A DNA stretch of 64,000 nucleotides from an uncultured bacterium (GTDB taxonomy: Bacteria; Krumholzibacteriota; Krumholzibacteriia; Krumholzibacteriales; Krumholzibacteriaceae), in the NCBI GenBank assembly GCA_963813815.1, contig CAWFAD010000007.1:192001-256000 (forward strand), given 5' to 3'. Under the pieces are notes generated by a model. It worked only from the letters and a program-made list of their open reading frames with translations, did no database searches and had not been told where the DNA came from. The translations under genes and the position numbers were made by a program. Positions 27,847-37,900 of the stretch are shown one piece after another. Numbering within the stretch: the stretch's first letter is position 1; each line of letters starts with the position of its first letter.

Positions 27847-29981
27847 CGACGGCCGCCCGGCCGGCGGGAAACGGACGAATCAGCGTGTGGATAGAGCGTA
27901 TCGCGATCGAGAATTTTCTCGCGTTCCGTGAGCTCTCGGTGGGCTTCGATCGCGGCTTCAACGTCGTGCTGGCCCCGAACGAAGGGGGAAAAAGCAGCCT
28001 CCTCGGCGCCATCGTGACGGCGCTCTTCACCGGCGCCGATGCGCGCAGCGCCGGCGTGAAGTCCCTCGCCCGGTGGGGAAGCCGGGAGCTCTTCCGGCTC
28101 GAGATCTCGCTCGAGCTCGGCGGCCTTCGCTACCGCCTCGCTCGGGATTTCAGCGCGAAACAGCAGGAGATTGGTCTCGAGGGGGAGAGCAAGCCGATCG
28201 CGCGGGGGAAGGCGGTCGATGCGTTTCTCGCGGAGCGCCTCCCGATAGCCGACCGGGATCTCTTTCTCCGCGTCTGCGCCGTGCGCCACGAGGAGCTCGC
28301 CCGCGTGGGGAACGGGGATTCGAACATCGGAGAGCAGCTCGAAGAGATGCTCGCGGGCACGGGCGGCCGCTCGACCCCCGCCCTCGTGGCGAAGGCCGTC
28401 GAAGGGAAACGCAAGGATCTCATGCGGGGCATCGAGCATCCGGCGAAAGAGGAGAACTGGGGGTCCGTCAAGAGATTCTCCGAGGAGCTCTCCGCGGCGG
28501 GCGCGGCGCTCTCCGAAGCGCGAGAGGCCTCCCGACGGCGCGAGGCCCTCTCGCGGAGGATAGCGGCCCGGCGCGGGGCGTTCGAGGAAACCGCGCGCGC
28601 TCTCACGGATCTCGTCGAGACCCGGGACCGGGCGGTCCGCCGCCGCGATCTCGCCGCCCGGGCGGCCGGAGCGAGGGCGCGGGCCGACGAGCTGCGAAAG
28701 AAGATCGAGCGCATGCGGGATCTCTCGGCGCGGCGCGAGGAGACCTCCGCGTCGCTCGGGCGGCTGCCGGAGCCGCTGCGGGTCGCCGAGGAGGGGCGTC
28801 TCGGCGAACTTCGCGCCGCCCTCGAGAGGGAGTCGGTCCTCGGTCGCGAGCGCGGGCGGCCTCGCGTCGCATCTTCCGAGCCGGCTCGGTGGCTCATCTG
28901 GGCGGGATTGGCGCTCGTCGCGGCGGGGGCGGTGCTGGGGCTCCTCTGGCATCGAGCGTTCTTTGGCGCGGCGGCGGCGGGAGTCTGCCTCGTCGCGTGG
29001 TACGCCCACCGCCGCCGCGTTCACGCCGCTTCGGCGGCTTCGAGCACGGACCTCGAGGATCTCGAGAGACTGCGCGGGGCCCGCGCCGCTTGGTCGGCCG
29101 GCGCATCGCCGGAGGAGGCCCGATCAATGATCGAGGAAAGAGCCCGGCTCGGCGCGGCTCTCCGCGATCTTCACGGCCGCATCGAGGAGGCCTCCGAGGG
29201 CGCGCCCGGAGCTCCGGCGGAGATCATCGAGCGACTCGACGCGGCATACGGCGGGGCGGCCTTGGAAGCCCGCGCCATCGAGGAGCAGAGCGCGGCGCTC
29301 GAGGCCTTTTCGGTCGACGCGCAACGTCTCCTCGCCATCGAGCGCGAGATCGGGGAAAAGGGCGCCCTTCGGGAAAAGCTTCGCGCCGAGATCGAGGAGG
29401 CCGAGCGCGAGCGCGCCGCCGTTTCCGTCTCCGACGTTCCGGCGCTCGCCGAGCGCGCCGCGGCGGCGGAGGAAAATCTCGGGCGCGCGAAACGGAGAGC
29501 GAGCGTGCTCGCGCTCGTCGCCGAGGCCCTCGACGAAGCGAGGCGCGGCGTCTCGGGCACGCTGGCCGAGCGGCTTCCGCCGCTCGCCGCCCGGCACCTC
29601 TCGCGACTCACGGGCGGCCGGTACGAGAAGCTGTTCTTCGATCCCCGAACGCTGGTCGTCACGGCGGAGCCCGCGGCGACCGACGGCGAGCGGGGAGCGC
29701 ACGCGCTTCCGCCGCCCGAGCGGATCGATCTCGACGCGCTGAGCCAAGGGGCGCGCGATCTCGCGTACCTCGCCGTTCGCCTCGCCCTCGTCGATCTCAT
29801 CGGAGGGGACGATCTCCAGCCGCTCTTTCTCGACGATCCCTTCGTCCATCTCGATCCCGTCCGGCGGGAGCGAGCCCTCGACCTCGTCCGCGAGTTCGCG
29901 GGCTCCCATCAGGTCATCCTCTTCACGTGCGATCCGGCCTACGAAAGCGCCGGCGCCCGCGTGCTCCGTCTCGGCGCCTGA
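27843..29981 (+). CDS. SMC/Rad50-like ABC ATPase (YhaN/SbcE-type) with a central hydrophobic hairpin
   Basis: Walker A APNEGGKSS, coiled coils, signature LSQG, Walker B/D-loop FLDDPFVHLD, QVILFT. Confidence 0.85.
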   Translation: MTTAARPAGNGRISVWIERIAIENFLAFRELSVGFDRGFNVVLAPNEGGKSSLLGAIVTALFTGADARSAGVKSLARWGSRELFRLEISLELGGLRYRLARDFSAKQQEIGLEGESKPIARGKAVDAFLAERLPIADRDLFLRVCAVRHEELARVGNGDSNIGEQLEEMLAGTGGRSTPALVAKAVEGKRKDLMRGIEHPAKEENWGSVKRFSEELSAAGAALSEAREASRRREALSRRIAARRGAFEETARALTDLVETRDRAVRRRDLAARAAGARARADELRKKIERMRDLSARREETSASLGRLPEPLRVAEEGRLGELRAALERESVLGRERGRPRVASSEPARWLIWAGLALVAAGAVLGLLWHRAFFGAAAAGVCLVAWYAHRRRVHAASAASSTDLEDLERLRGARAAWSAGASPEEARSMIEERARLGAALRDLHGRIEEASEGAPGAPAEIIERLDAAYGGAALEARAIEEQSAALEAFSVDAQRLLAIEREIGEKGALREKLRAEIEEAERERAAVSVSDVPALAERAAAAEENLGRAKRRASVLALVAEALDEARRGVSGTLAERLPPLAARHLSRLTGGRYEKLFFDPRTLVVTAEPAATDGERGAHALPPPERIDLDALSQGARDLAYLAVRLALVDLIGGDDLQPLFLDDPFVHLDPVRRERALDLVREFAGSHQVILFTCDPAYESAGARVLRLGA

Positions 29982-30100
29982 CGCCTCACCCCGCGCCGCG
30001 GGAGCCCCGCTCTTCGAGCTTGTCAATTCCTCCCCCGTGCCATACACTCGCCGTCGGGAGCGGCGCTGCGGGGACGGGCCGCTCGAAAGGGGGAGAACCC

Positions 30101-30361
30101 ATGAAAGAGATCGAGGTCGGAGTGGTGCAGGACTACTTCGCCCGGATCGGCGTCGCCGCGCTCGCCATCACGGCGGAAGGCGTCAAGATCGGCGACCGCC
30201 TTCACATCAAGGGGCATACGACCGATTTCAACATGCCGGTCGAATCGCTTCAGGTGGAGCACGCGCAGGTGAGCGAGGCGGGGGCCGGCGCTTCCGTCGG
30301 CATCAAGGTTCCCGATCGCGTGCGGGCGGGAGACGTGGTCTTCAAGGTCGTCGAGGGCTGA
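30101..30361 (+). CDS. Small beta-barrel protein (translation elongation factor domain II-like)
   Basis: RBS GGGGAG; VG.V.DYF..IGVAA...GD.LHIKG.TTDF...V.SLQ...GIKVPDRVRAGD. Confidence 0.75.
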   Translation: MKEIEVGVVQDYFARIGVAALAITAEGVKIGDRLHIKGHTTDFNMPVESLQVEHAQVSEAGAGASVGIKVPDRVRAGDVVFKVVEG

Positions 30362-30364
30362 CGC

Positions 30365-30631
30365 CTACTTTCCGGCGAGTATCAGGATTCCAAAGAGAAT
30401 AAAGAGCCCTCCCGAGACGAATCGTATGGCCCGCTCCCCGAGAACGGCGGGCAGAAAGCTCCCGACGACCGTGCCGATCGCCGTGGCGAGCACCATGGCG
30501 AGCGCCGCCCCCAAAAACACGGTCCAGGGCGACCTGAATCGCGACGAGCAGGAGATTACCGCGAGCTGAGTCTTGTCGCCGAGCTCGGCGAGGAACATCA
30601 CCCCGAACGTCGTAAAGAAAACCTTCCACAT
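30365..30631 (-). CDS. TMEM165/GDT1 (UPF0016) family protein, single repeat
   Basis: FLAELGDKTQL signature, 3 TM segments, 88 aa. Confidence 0.9.
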   Translation of the reverse strand: MWKVFFTTFGVMFLAELGDKTQLAVISCSSRFRSPWTVFLGAALAMVLATAIGTVVGSFLPAVLGERAIRFVSGGLFILFGILILAGK

Positions 30632-30634
30632 GGG

Positions 30635-31666
30635 TCACAGTCCTTTCATGAGTCCGCCGTCGATACGCGAGCGGATCGCCTTCATCATGGCCGGAAGGGC
30701 CTCGAGGTCTCCGCTTTCGGCGATCCCTTCCTCGAGAAGATCGAGCCCCGGGGGGATCGAGTCCAGAAATTTGCGCTTGCCCTTTCTGAGTCCGAGCTTG
30801 GCGAAGGCCGCGAGCGCCTGAAGGTTCCGCTGGATGCCGGCGAGGACGAATGTCCCGTAGAATTTCTCGAAACGCTCGCCTGGCCGCGAGCCGCGTTCCC
30901 TCAAGCCCCCGTGCAGCTCCTCGGCGAGCGCGCGGCGGATGGGGGGCGGGAGGGGATGGTAGGGGTCCTTGAGGAGCGAAGCCGAGTCGTAGAGCCCCGG
31001 CCCGCGATGCGCGGTCTGGAAATCGACGAGCCGGAGCCGGTCGCCCGCGATCATCAAGTTTCGGCTCTGAAAATCCCGGTGCATGAACACGAGCGGCTCG
31101 GCGGCGAGCGAGGCGGCGAGCCGCCCGCGCTCCTTCTCCCACGAGGACGGCACGTCGACGCGGCAGAAGCCGTGTATGAACTCGCGCACGAAGTAATCCG
31201 TTTCCCCGAGCAGGGCGCGCTCGTCGAACACCCGCTCCGCGAGGAGCCCGCGGCGCTTCATCTCCCCGGTGACGCCGGTCTGGAGAGAGACGAGGATCGA
31301 CGCCGCCTCGCGATAGCGGCGCAGGACCGTTTCCTCCGGCGCGCCCGCGAGCGCGTCCTCGAGATGCAGGTCGCCGACGTCCTCCATGAGAACGAGACCC
31401 TGCCCCGGATCGCATGCGAGTATCTCCGGCACGGCCACGCCGCACTCCGACAGAAAACGCCCGATCTCTATGTACGAATCGATTTCCCAGCCGGGATCCT
31501 GGGAGAGCAGGACGGCGCTCGAACCGGCCCCGCCGATCCTCGTGAAGCTGCGATCCGAGCCTCCCTCGAGCGGCGTGAAAACCGCATCCGCGGCGAGGGC
31601 GCGAAGCCCGGCTCTCTCGAGAAGCGGCCGCGACGCCGCGCGGATCGATTCGTCACCGGCGTTCAT
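30635..31666 (-). CDS. amgK: AmgK-like anomeric MurNAc/GlcNAc kinase (APH family)
   Basis: GGSDRSFTR, MEDVGD, HRDFQSRNLM, DFQ, GP..YD.ASLL.D, QR.L.AL..F; adjacent to murU. Confidence 0.75.
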   Translation of the reverse strand: MNAGDESIRAASRPLLERAGLRALAADAVFTPLEGGSDRSFTRIGGAGSSAVLLSQDPGWEIDSYIEIGRFLSECGVAVPEILACDPGQGLVLMEDVGDLHLEDALAGAPEETVLRRYREAASILVSLQTGVTGEMKRRGLLAERVFDERALLGETDYFVREFIHGFCRVDVPSSWEKERGRLAASLAAEPLVFMHRDFQSRNLMIAGDRLRLVDFQTAHRGPGLYDSASLLKDPYHPLPPPIRRALAEELHGGLRERGSRPGERFEKFYGTFVLAGIQRNLQALAAFAKLGLRKGKRKFLDSIPPGLDLLEEGIAESGDLEALPAMMKAIRSRIDGGLMKGL

Positions 31667-31675
31667 GAGCCGTCG

Positions 31676-32629
31676 TCACCCCTTGAGGGAGCCCCCGGAA
31701 AAAACGATTTCGCCGCGCCGTCTCTCGCCGCCGGCGACTCGCGCGCCCTCGAGCAGAACGCAGTCTTCCACCTCGGCGCCCCTCTCGATCGTCGCGCGCC
31801 GTCCGATCTCGCAAAATCCCGATATCCGGGCGCCGGGCTCGACGACGGATTCTTCCCCTTCGTGGACCGGTCCGGCGGGAGGAGCGAGCCGCGGATCGAA
31901 GAACGTTTTCTCGATCAGTATCCTCCGGTGAATCCCGAGATAGGAGGAGGGGGATCCGCAGTCCGCCCAGGCGCACGTTCCGCCGCCTGCGCCCGCGTTC
32001 CAGCCGGCGACCGATCCCGGGCGGCGCGCGATCATTCCGGCGAGGATCTCGACGAGCCCCGCCTTCTTTCCCCGCGGAAACAGGTCTAGGGAGTCCGGGG
32101 AGAGGATCGCCATGCCTGTGTATCCGAGGCGCCCGCCGCCCTCGCGCGCGGGCCCGCCGATCGAGATCACCTCGCCGGCCTCCGTGACGGCGACGTTCGC
32201 GGGAGGCCCGGACGGGGCGAGAATGAGCGTGACGAGTGCTCGCCGCTCCTCGTGAAACGCGAGCGCCGGCGCGAAATCGATGTCCGCCACGGTGTCCCCG
32301 TTGTGGAGCAGCACGCAGTCCGCGCCCGCGACGGCGGGCGCCATGCCGCCGATGCCTCCTCCCGTGCCGAGGATCGTCTCCTCGCGATGGAACGAGACGG
32401 GGAGGTCTCGGCCCGAGGAGAACCGCTCTATCTCTCCGGCTAGGTGGTGCAGATTCGCGTGGATCGATCGCGCGCCGGCGCGCTGCAGCTTCCCGGCGAC
32501 GATTTCGAGGAGCGGAATCCCGAGCACGGGGATGAGCGGTTTCGGAACGGTCCGGGTGAGGGGGAGCATCCTCTCCCCGTACCCCGCCGCGAGAATGATC
32601 CCCGCGATCGTGCGCCGGTTCTCATTCAT
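31676..32629 (-). CDS. murU: MurU-like nucleotidyltransferase
   Basis: ILAAGYGERMLPLT..VPKPL, LGTGGG, HNGD; lies between namZ and amgK. Confidence 0.7.
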   Translation of the reverse strand: MNENRRTIAGIILAAGYGERMLPLTRTVPKPLIPVLGIPLLEIVAGKLQRAGARSIHANLHHLAGEIERFSSGRDLPVSFHREETILGTGGGIGGMAPAVAGADCVLLHNGDTVADIDFAPALAFHEERRALVTLILAPSGPPANVAVTEAGEVISIGGPAREGGGRLGYTGMAILSPDSLDLFPRGKKAGLVEILAGMIARRPGSVAGWNAGAGGGTCAWADCGSPSSYLGIHRRILIEKTFFDPRLAPPAGPVHEGEESVVEPGARISGFCEIGRRATIERGAEVEDCVLLEGARVAGGERRRGEIVFSGGSLKG

Positions 32630-33797
32630 AGAGTAGGCACGCCTCGCGCTCGCCGCTGAAGCGCGTTTCGTCGCGCTCCCAGGAGGCGAAAAGGCCGTTG
32701 AGATCTTCGTCCCGGTCGACCGCCTCGCGAAGCGCGGAGCTTCCCGATATGATGTCGATGGGCGGGAGGTTTCGTTCGTACTCGTACGGAGGCTTTTTCC
32801 AGGCGAACTCCCGGGGGCCGACGCGCCGCGCCGCGGCGATCGCGGCGGCGCCGCAGCGGACCGGCGTGAAGAGTCGCGGGTCGACGACGTGGATCTGGAC
32901 TCCGCCGCACGCCTTGCCCGCGTACTTGTCCCACGTCGGGACGAAGCGGAGCGGCCGGTACGAGACTCCCGGGATCGCGAAGGCCTCGAGCTCCCTCGCG
33001 TACGCCTCGGGCTCGATCCAGGGAGCGCCGATGATCTCGAACGGCCGCGTCGTGCCGCGGCCCTCCGATACGTTCGTCCCCTCGAGCATCACCATGCCCG
33101 GATACGCGAGCGCCGTGTCGGGGGTCGGCATGTTCGGGGAGGGGAGCACCCAGGGGAGGCCCGTATCGGCGAAAAGCATGCCGCGCCGCCAACCGCGCAT
33201 GCCCACGACCCGCAAATCGCATGGGGAATCTTCGCGCGCGTTCATCCAGGCGAGCGCCTCGCCGAAGGTGAGGCCGTGCCGCATCGGGATGGGCGCGAGC
33301 CCGACGAAGGACCGGTATGCCATGTCGAGAATCGGGCCCTCGACCGCCGCTCCGCCGATGGGATTCGGCCGGTCGAGCACGATGAGGCGGAGGCCTTCGC
33401 GCGCGCACGAGCGGAGCATGAGGAGGGCCGTCCAGAGGTAGGTGTAGGGGCGCGCGCCGACGTCAGGGAGGTCGATCACGACCGTGTCGAGGCCCGCGAG
33501 CATTCCGGCGGACGGCTCCCGCCGTTCGCCGTAGAGCGAGTGCACGGGAATGCCGAGGCGCGGATGGGGAAACCCCTCCCATTCGATCATGTTCGCCTGC
33601 GTGTCGCCGAAGAGCCCGTGTTGCGGGCCGAAGATGCGCTCGATCCGTACGCCGCGGTCGAGGAGGGCGTCGACCGTGGGCCGGAGGGAGGCGGTCACGG
33701 ATGCGGGGTTGACGAGAAGACCGGCGTGCTTACCCGCGAGAAATCCGCTCGATTCGCGAACGCCGATGTCGCAGCCGGTTTCGACCACGGTCACCAT
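32622..33797 (-). CDS. namZ: Exo-beta-N-acetylmuramidase NamZ (DUF1343)
   Basis: FGPQHG, SLYG, D.G.R.YTY, LDRPNPIGG, RHGLT.GE, PSPNMP, SEGRGTTRPFE. Confidence 0.88.
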   Translation of the reverse strand: MVTVVETGCDIGVRESSGFLAGKHAGLLVNPASVTASLRPTVDALLDRGVRIERIFGPQHGLFGDTQANMIEWEGFPHPRLGIPVHSLYGERREPSAGMLAGLDTVVIDLPDVGARPYTYLWTALLMLRSCAREGLRLIVLDRPNPIGGAAVEGPILDMAYRSFVGLAPIPMRHGLTFGEALAWMNAREDSPCDLRVVGMRGWRRGMLFADTGLPWVLPSPNMPTPDTALAYPGMVMLEGTNVSEGRGTTRPFEIIGAPWIEPEAYARELEAFAIPGVSYRPLRFVPTWDKYAGKACGGVQIHVVDPRLFTPVRCGAAAIAAARRVGPREFAWKKPPYEYERNLPPIDIISGSSALREAVDRDEDLNGLFASWERDETRFSGEREACLLYE

Positions 33798-33845
33798 GAT
33801 GGGCCGGGGCGGGATCCGGGCGCCCGCCCCGGCCTGACAGCGCAC

Positions 33846-35489
33846 TCAGAGGTTCCAGTCGTAAATCCTCAGGGTATCGGTGTAGCCACCGCTGTCGTTC
33901 GAGATGCGGAGAACCGGACCGACACCCGGCGCGAAATACAGTATTTGATGTGTCCCGCCCTCGTCAACCGGATTCCCGTTCTCGTACATGATCCAGTCGG
34001 CGTAGAGATGGTGCACGTAGCATCCGCGGAAGGTGCCGTAGAGCTCGCTCGACAAGAGGTCGACCTTGTTGGCCTCTATCTCGATCCGGCCGGAGAGCGT
34101 CATCGTCATATCCGGGGAGATCGTCGCGGCGGTCGAGAAGGTCCACGTGTCTCCGAGGTAGTTCTCGAGCGGGAGCCTGATGTAGAGGAGCGGGTCGTCC
34201 CAGATCATCGAGAACTGGTACACGCCGCTCTGGTACTCGTCCCGGCCGAGATGGAATATGTCGGACGCGCTTTTCCGCAGACGAACGACTTCCTGCGTCA
34301 CGGCCGATTCATCGCGGAACACTTCGTTGAACTCGCCGGTCGAGACCGAGTAGTCCTCGATGGCGCGCGTTCGGACGTTATGGCTCGGATCGATGAAGTT
34401 CCACAGGTAGCCGTTGTCGATGGGGTAGAGGGTCTGTGTCCCGGCGGTGGTGAACTCGTACTCCGTCGGGCTCGGATCGATGATGTTGCCTGCCGCGTCC
34501 GTCACGTTCCGGAACAGTACCCAGTACGTGCAGCCGGAAAGCAGCTGCGACGTCGCCGGCACGGTGACGACAGAGTAATCCGTGCTCCACGTCGGTTCCT
34601 CGCCCACCAGCTGGTTGAAGCGGGCGTCCATGTCGCTGTTGGCGATATCGAATGAATACGGATCCATCGGCTCGCTGAAGGTGAGGACCACCTGGGAGAG
34701 CCCCACCGATACCCCCGTCTGCCCATTCGCCGGGCTGGCGCTCGCGAGATAGGGGCGGGCATCGTCGCTCATCGTCGTGAAAACGAACTCGTACGGGACG
34801 GCGAGGTTGTTGCCGGCGAGATCCCGCATCGTCGTGCCGATCGTCACGGAAACGATCTGGTCGGCGGGAAACGCCGTATGGTGGATCTCCATCGTCACCG
34901 CATCCCATTCGACCCACCAATCCTCGGGTTCCGGCGCCATCGTGATCGCGGCCTGCATGTCGACGGTCTGATCCATCGGCTCGCTCCAGACGACCTCGAT
35001 CGTCTGGGTGCCGGGGACCGCCACCGCTTCGTCCGCCGGCGACGTCGATACGACCGTCGGCGGCGTGTTGTCGTCGATTGCGGTCGTCGTGAAACCGATG
35101 ACGTAGTCGGATCCGAGCAGGTTGCCGTTCTCGTCCTCCGCCTCGGCGCCGACCGTTATCGTGTAGCCCGTCGAGAGCCCGAGGAGCTCGGTGGGCGTGA
35201 TGACGAGCGTGTCGCCGTTCCAGCTCGTGTTGTAGTACACCGGGCCGGGCGAGAAGGCGATGGCGGTGTCGACGGACTCCTCGTTCATCGACTCGCTGAA
35301 CGCGATCCAGTACGGTCCGCTGCGGGTGACGTTGACGGCGCCGCTATCCGGGAAGGAAGCGAGCACCGTCGGAGGAGTTACGTCGGGCTCGGCGTCGGAC
35401 GTGCTGTCGTCGCTCGAGCACGCTGCAAGGAAAAGCGCCGCCAGCGTTGCAAGGATTGCAGCCAGCGTGCGCGTCGCGGAGTGATTCAT
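33846..35489 (-). CDS. Lipoprotein with three bacterial Ig-like (Big_5) domains
   Basis: Lipobox LAAC; three repeats of PP.V....P..G...V......FSE.M...D..GN. Confidence 0.8.
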   Translation of the reverse strand: MNHSATRTLAAILATLAALFLAACSSDDSTSDAEPDVTPPTVLASFPDSGAVNVTRSGPYWIAFSESMNEESVDTAIAFSPGPVYYNTSWNGDTLVITPTELLGLSTGYTITVGAEAEDENGNLLGSDYVIGFTTTAIDDNTPPTVVSTSPADEAVAVPGTQTIEVVWSEPMDQTVDMQAAITMAPEPEDWWVEWDAVTMEIHHTAFPADQIVSVTIGTTMRDLAGNNLAVPYEFVFTTMSDDARPYLASASPANGQTGVSVGLSQVVLTFSEPMDPYSFDIANSDMDARFNQLVGEEPTWSTDYSVVTVPATSQLLSGCTYWVLFRNVTDAAGNIIDPSPTEYEFTTAGTQTLYPIDNGYLWNFIDPSHNVRTRAIEDYSVSTGEFNEVFRDESAVTQEVVRLRKSASDIFHLGRDEYQSGVYQFSMIWDDPLLYIRLPLENYLGDTWTFSTAATISPDMTMTLSGRIEIEANKVDLLSSELYGTFRGCYVHHLYADWIMYENGNPVDEGGTHQILYFAPGVGPVLRISNDSGGYTDTLRIYDWNL

Positions 35490-35700
35490 TTCGAACCTCC
35501 TTGTTTGTCTATCTATTGTTTTATGAGCGAGTTGCAGCTCTTGCAGCCAAATCTTTCGCCCCGGGCCGCGCCGGCCGGGCCGCGCGCCCCATCGGCTGTT
35601 GCAAGTTTCCTGCCTTCGCTATACTATCCTCCTGCATCTTCGCTCGCTTCACCGCTCGCGGGCGAACCCGGTTCGAACTCTCTTCAACGGAGGCTGGATC

Positions 35701-37299
35701 ATGCCGGCAAAGGGTTTCTGGGGACGTTCCTTGCTCCTCGCGCTCGCCGTCTTCGCCGGGTTCGCGCCCGGCTGCGCGCGGCACGACCGCCACGGACGCG
35801 GCGGCACCCTCGTCATCGGAGAGATCAACGACTACGAATCCCTCAATCCCATGGGCACGACCGACGCGCACGCCCGGGATGTCTACAACCTCATGTTCCT
35901 CAGCCTCCTCGATGAGCGTTCCGATCTCCTGACCTTCGGCCCGCGCCTCGCCGAGTCGTGGGAGTTCTCCGGGGACCGCCGCCGGCTCACGTTTCATCTG
36001 CGGCGCGACGTCGTCTGGACGGACGGCGTGCCCCTGACCTCCGCGGACGTCGCGGCGACGTTCCGCGCGCAGAAGGACACCGCGACCGCCTGGGCGAGCC
36101 TCCATCTCAAGGATCACATCGACAGCGTCACGGCGGTCGACGAATGGACCGTCGTCTATCATTTCAACGCGGTTTACCCCTACCAACTCATGGACGCGAA
36201 CGACGGCGTCATCATGCCGAAGCATATTCTCGAGACTCTCCGTCCGGAGGAGATCGGCGCGCTCGGCATCGAACGGCTGCCCTCGAACGGCCCCTTCAAG
36301 CTCGAGAGCTGGGTCAGGGGGCAGGCGCTGACGCTCGTCGCGAACGAGCGCTACTACGAGGACGGAAAGCCGTACCTCGAAAGGGTCGTTTTCAAGATAA
36401 TTCCCGATCCCGTGACGCTCGTGACTCAGCTCAAGGGCGGAGAGATCGACTGCATGGAGATGGCGCCGCCCGGCGAGATGAACGATCTCCAGAAGAATCA
36501 CCCGGAGCTCGTCGTGTACGATTTTCCCACGCGCGCCTACAACTACGTCGCCTGGAACGGCGTCCGACCCCCTTTCGACGACTTCCGCGTCCGGCGCGCG
36601 CTCACGATGGCGATCGACCGCCGCCTCATCAACGAGAATATCTACTACGGCTTCGCGGATGAGTGCACGAGCCCCTTTCCTCCGATCATCTGGGCGTACA
36701 ACCCGGAGATCGAGCCGCTCCCCTTCGACACCGCCGCGGCTCTCTCGTCGCTCGAGGCGGCGGGTTTTCGCGATCGCGACGGCGACGGCTGGCTCGACCG
36801 GGACGGAAGGCGTTTCGAGTTCGATCTCATAACGAATCACGGCAACCAGATGCGCGCGGACATGCAGGTCATGATTCAGGAGATGCTCCGGAGAGTGGGG
36901 ATCAAGGCGAATCCCGTCGCTCTCGAATGGACGGCTTTTCTCGAGCGGATCAAGCAGGGGGATTTCGACGCCCAGATCAACTCGTGGCGGGTCGGAACGA
37001 AGGCCGACCTCGCCCCGATCTGGAGCTGCGAGTCCCGCCGGGGTTACAACCGCGTCGGCTACTGCAATGCCGCCGTCGACAGCCTCAACGCCGCCGCGAC
37101 GGAGCTGCTCGATTTCGACAAGGCGAAGCCGCTCTTTTTCCGCGCCCAGCAGCTCATTTACGACGACCAGCCGTACACGTTTCTCAACGTCGTCCGCGCG
37201 CGGAACGTCGTTCACCGGCGGATCACGGTCGTGAATCCGGACGCGATCAGCATGTATCACTACCTGCAGGACTGGCGGGCAGAGGACGGGAAGGAGTGA
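35701..37299 (+). CDS. ABC transporter substrate-binding protein, family 5 (peptide/nickel)
   Basis: Lipobox; LAESW, FHLR.DV.W.DG.PLT..DV, GPFKL..W, VRRAL..AIDR. Confidence 0.9.
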   Translation: MPAKGFWGRSLLLALAVFAGFAPGCARHDRHGRGGTLVIGEINDYESLNPMGTTDAHARDVYNLMFLSLLDERSDLLTFGPRLAESWEFSGDRRRLTFHLRRDVVWTDGVPLTSADVAATFRAQKDTATAWASLHLKDHIDSVTAVDEWTVVYHFNAVYPYQLMDANDGVIMPKHILETLRPEEIGALGIERLPSNGPFKLESWVRGQALTLVANERYYEDGKPYLERVVFKIIPDPVTLVTQLKGGEIDCMEMAPPGEMNDLQKNHPELVVYDFPTRAYNYVAWNGVRPPFDDFRVRRALTMAIDRRLINENIYYGFADECTSPFPPIIWAYNPEIEPLPFDTAAALSSLEAAGFRDRDGDGWLDRDGRRFEFDLITNHGNQMRADMQVMIQEMLRRVGIKANPVALEWTAFLERIKQGDFDAQINSWRVGTKADLAPIWSCESRRGYNRVGYCNAAVDSLNAAATELLDFDKAKPLFFRAQQLIYDDQPYTFLNVVRARNVVHRRITVVNPDAISMYHYLQDWRAEDGKE

Positions 37300-37346
37300 A
37301 CGGCGCGCCGGCGCGCGGCTCGAACCGCGGCCGGCCGGCGGAACAG

Positions 37347-37775
37347 ATGATACACCGGATAGGACTCGCGGCGCTCGTCGCCGGGCTCGCCGCCCAGTTG
37401 CTCAAGCCCTTCGTGGACGCGCTCCGCACGAAACGCTTCAATCCGCTGCGCGTGCTGGACACCGGCGGCATGCCGAGCTCGCATTCGGCGGTCGTCACGG
37501 CGCTCACGGTCGGCGTCGCCGTCTATCAGGGAGTCGCCTCGCCGCTTTTCGCCGTTTCGCTCGTCATGGGCCTCTACTTCGTCTTCGAGGCGACGGGGCT
37601 CCGGCAGGAGGTCGGCAATCAGGCGCGGGTCCTGAACGAGATCGTGGAGCGGCTCACGGTGAGCCACACGCACCACGTCGCTCCCGAAGAGCTGCGCGAG
37701 CTCATCGGACACACCTGGATCGAGGTCATCGCGGGGGTTGCCGTCGGCGTTCTCGTCGTGCTCGTCATGTACTGA
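37347..37775 (+). CDS. Divergent PAP2 family (DUF212) protein
   Basis: AQLLKP, GGMPSSHSA, A.GLR...G.QA..LN, ELIGHT..EV. Confidence 0.9.
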   Translation: MIHRIGLAALVAGLAAQLLKPFVDALRTKRFNPLRVLDTGGMPSSHSAVVTALTVGVAVYQGVASPLFAVSLVMGLYFVFEATGLRQEVGNQARVLNEIVERLTVSHTHHVAPEELRELIGHTWIEVIAGVAVGVLVVLVMY

Positions 37776-37826
37776 GGTCTCGGGCGCCGGAGGCGGCGCG
37801 ACCGCGCCGGGCCGCCGAAAAAATGC

Positions 37827-37856
37827 TTGACAGCCCGCCGCCGAGGTGGCCAGAAT
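37827..37856 (+). promoter_or_regulatory. sigma70-type promoter upstream of the parA-CBM48 operon
   Basis: TTGACA-N18-CAGAAT preceded by an A-tract. Confidence 0.5.
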
Positions 37857-37900
37857 CACGCCGATGAATGTGCTTGCCCGCAGTTCTGTTCGTGAGGCCC

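Noticed and set aside
35530..35555. Possible sigma54 promoter upstream of the Big_5 lipoprotein
   Set aside because: GG-to-GC spacing is 8 or 11, not 10; only a short TTGCAGC direct repeat remains.
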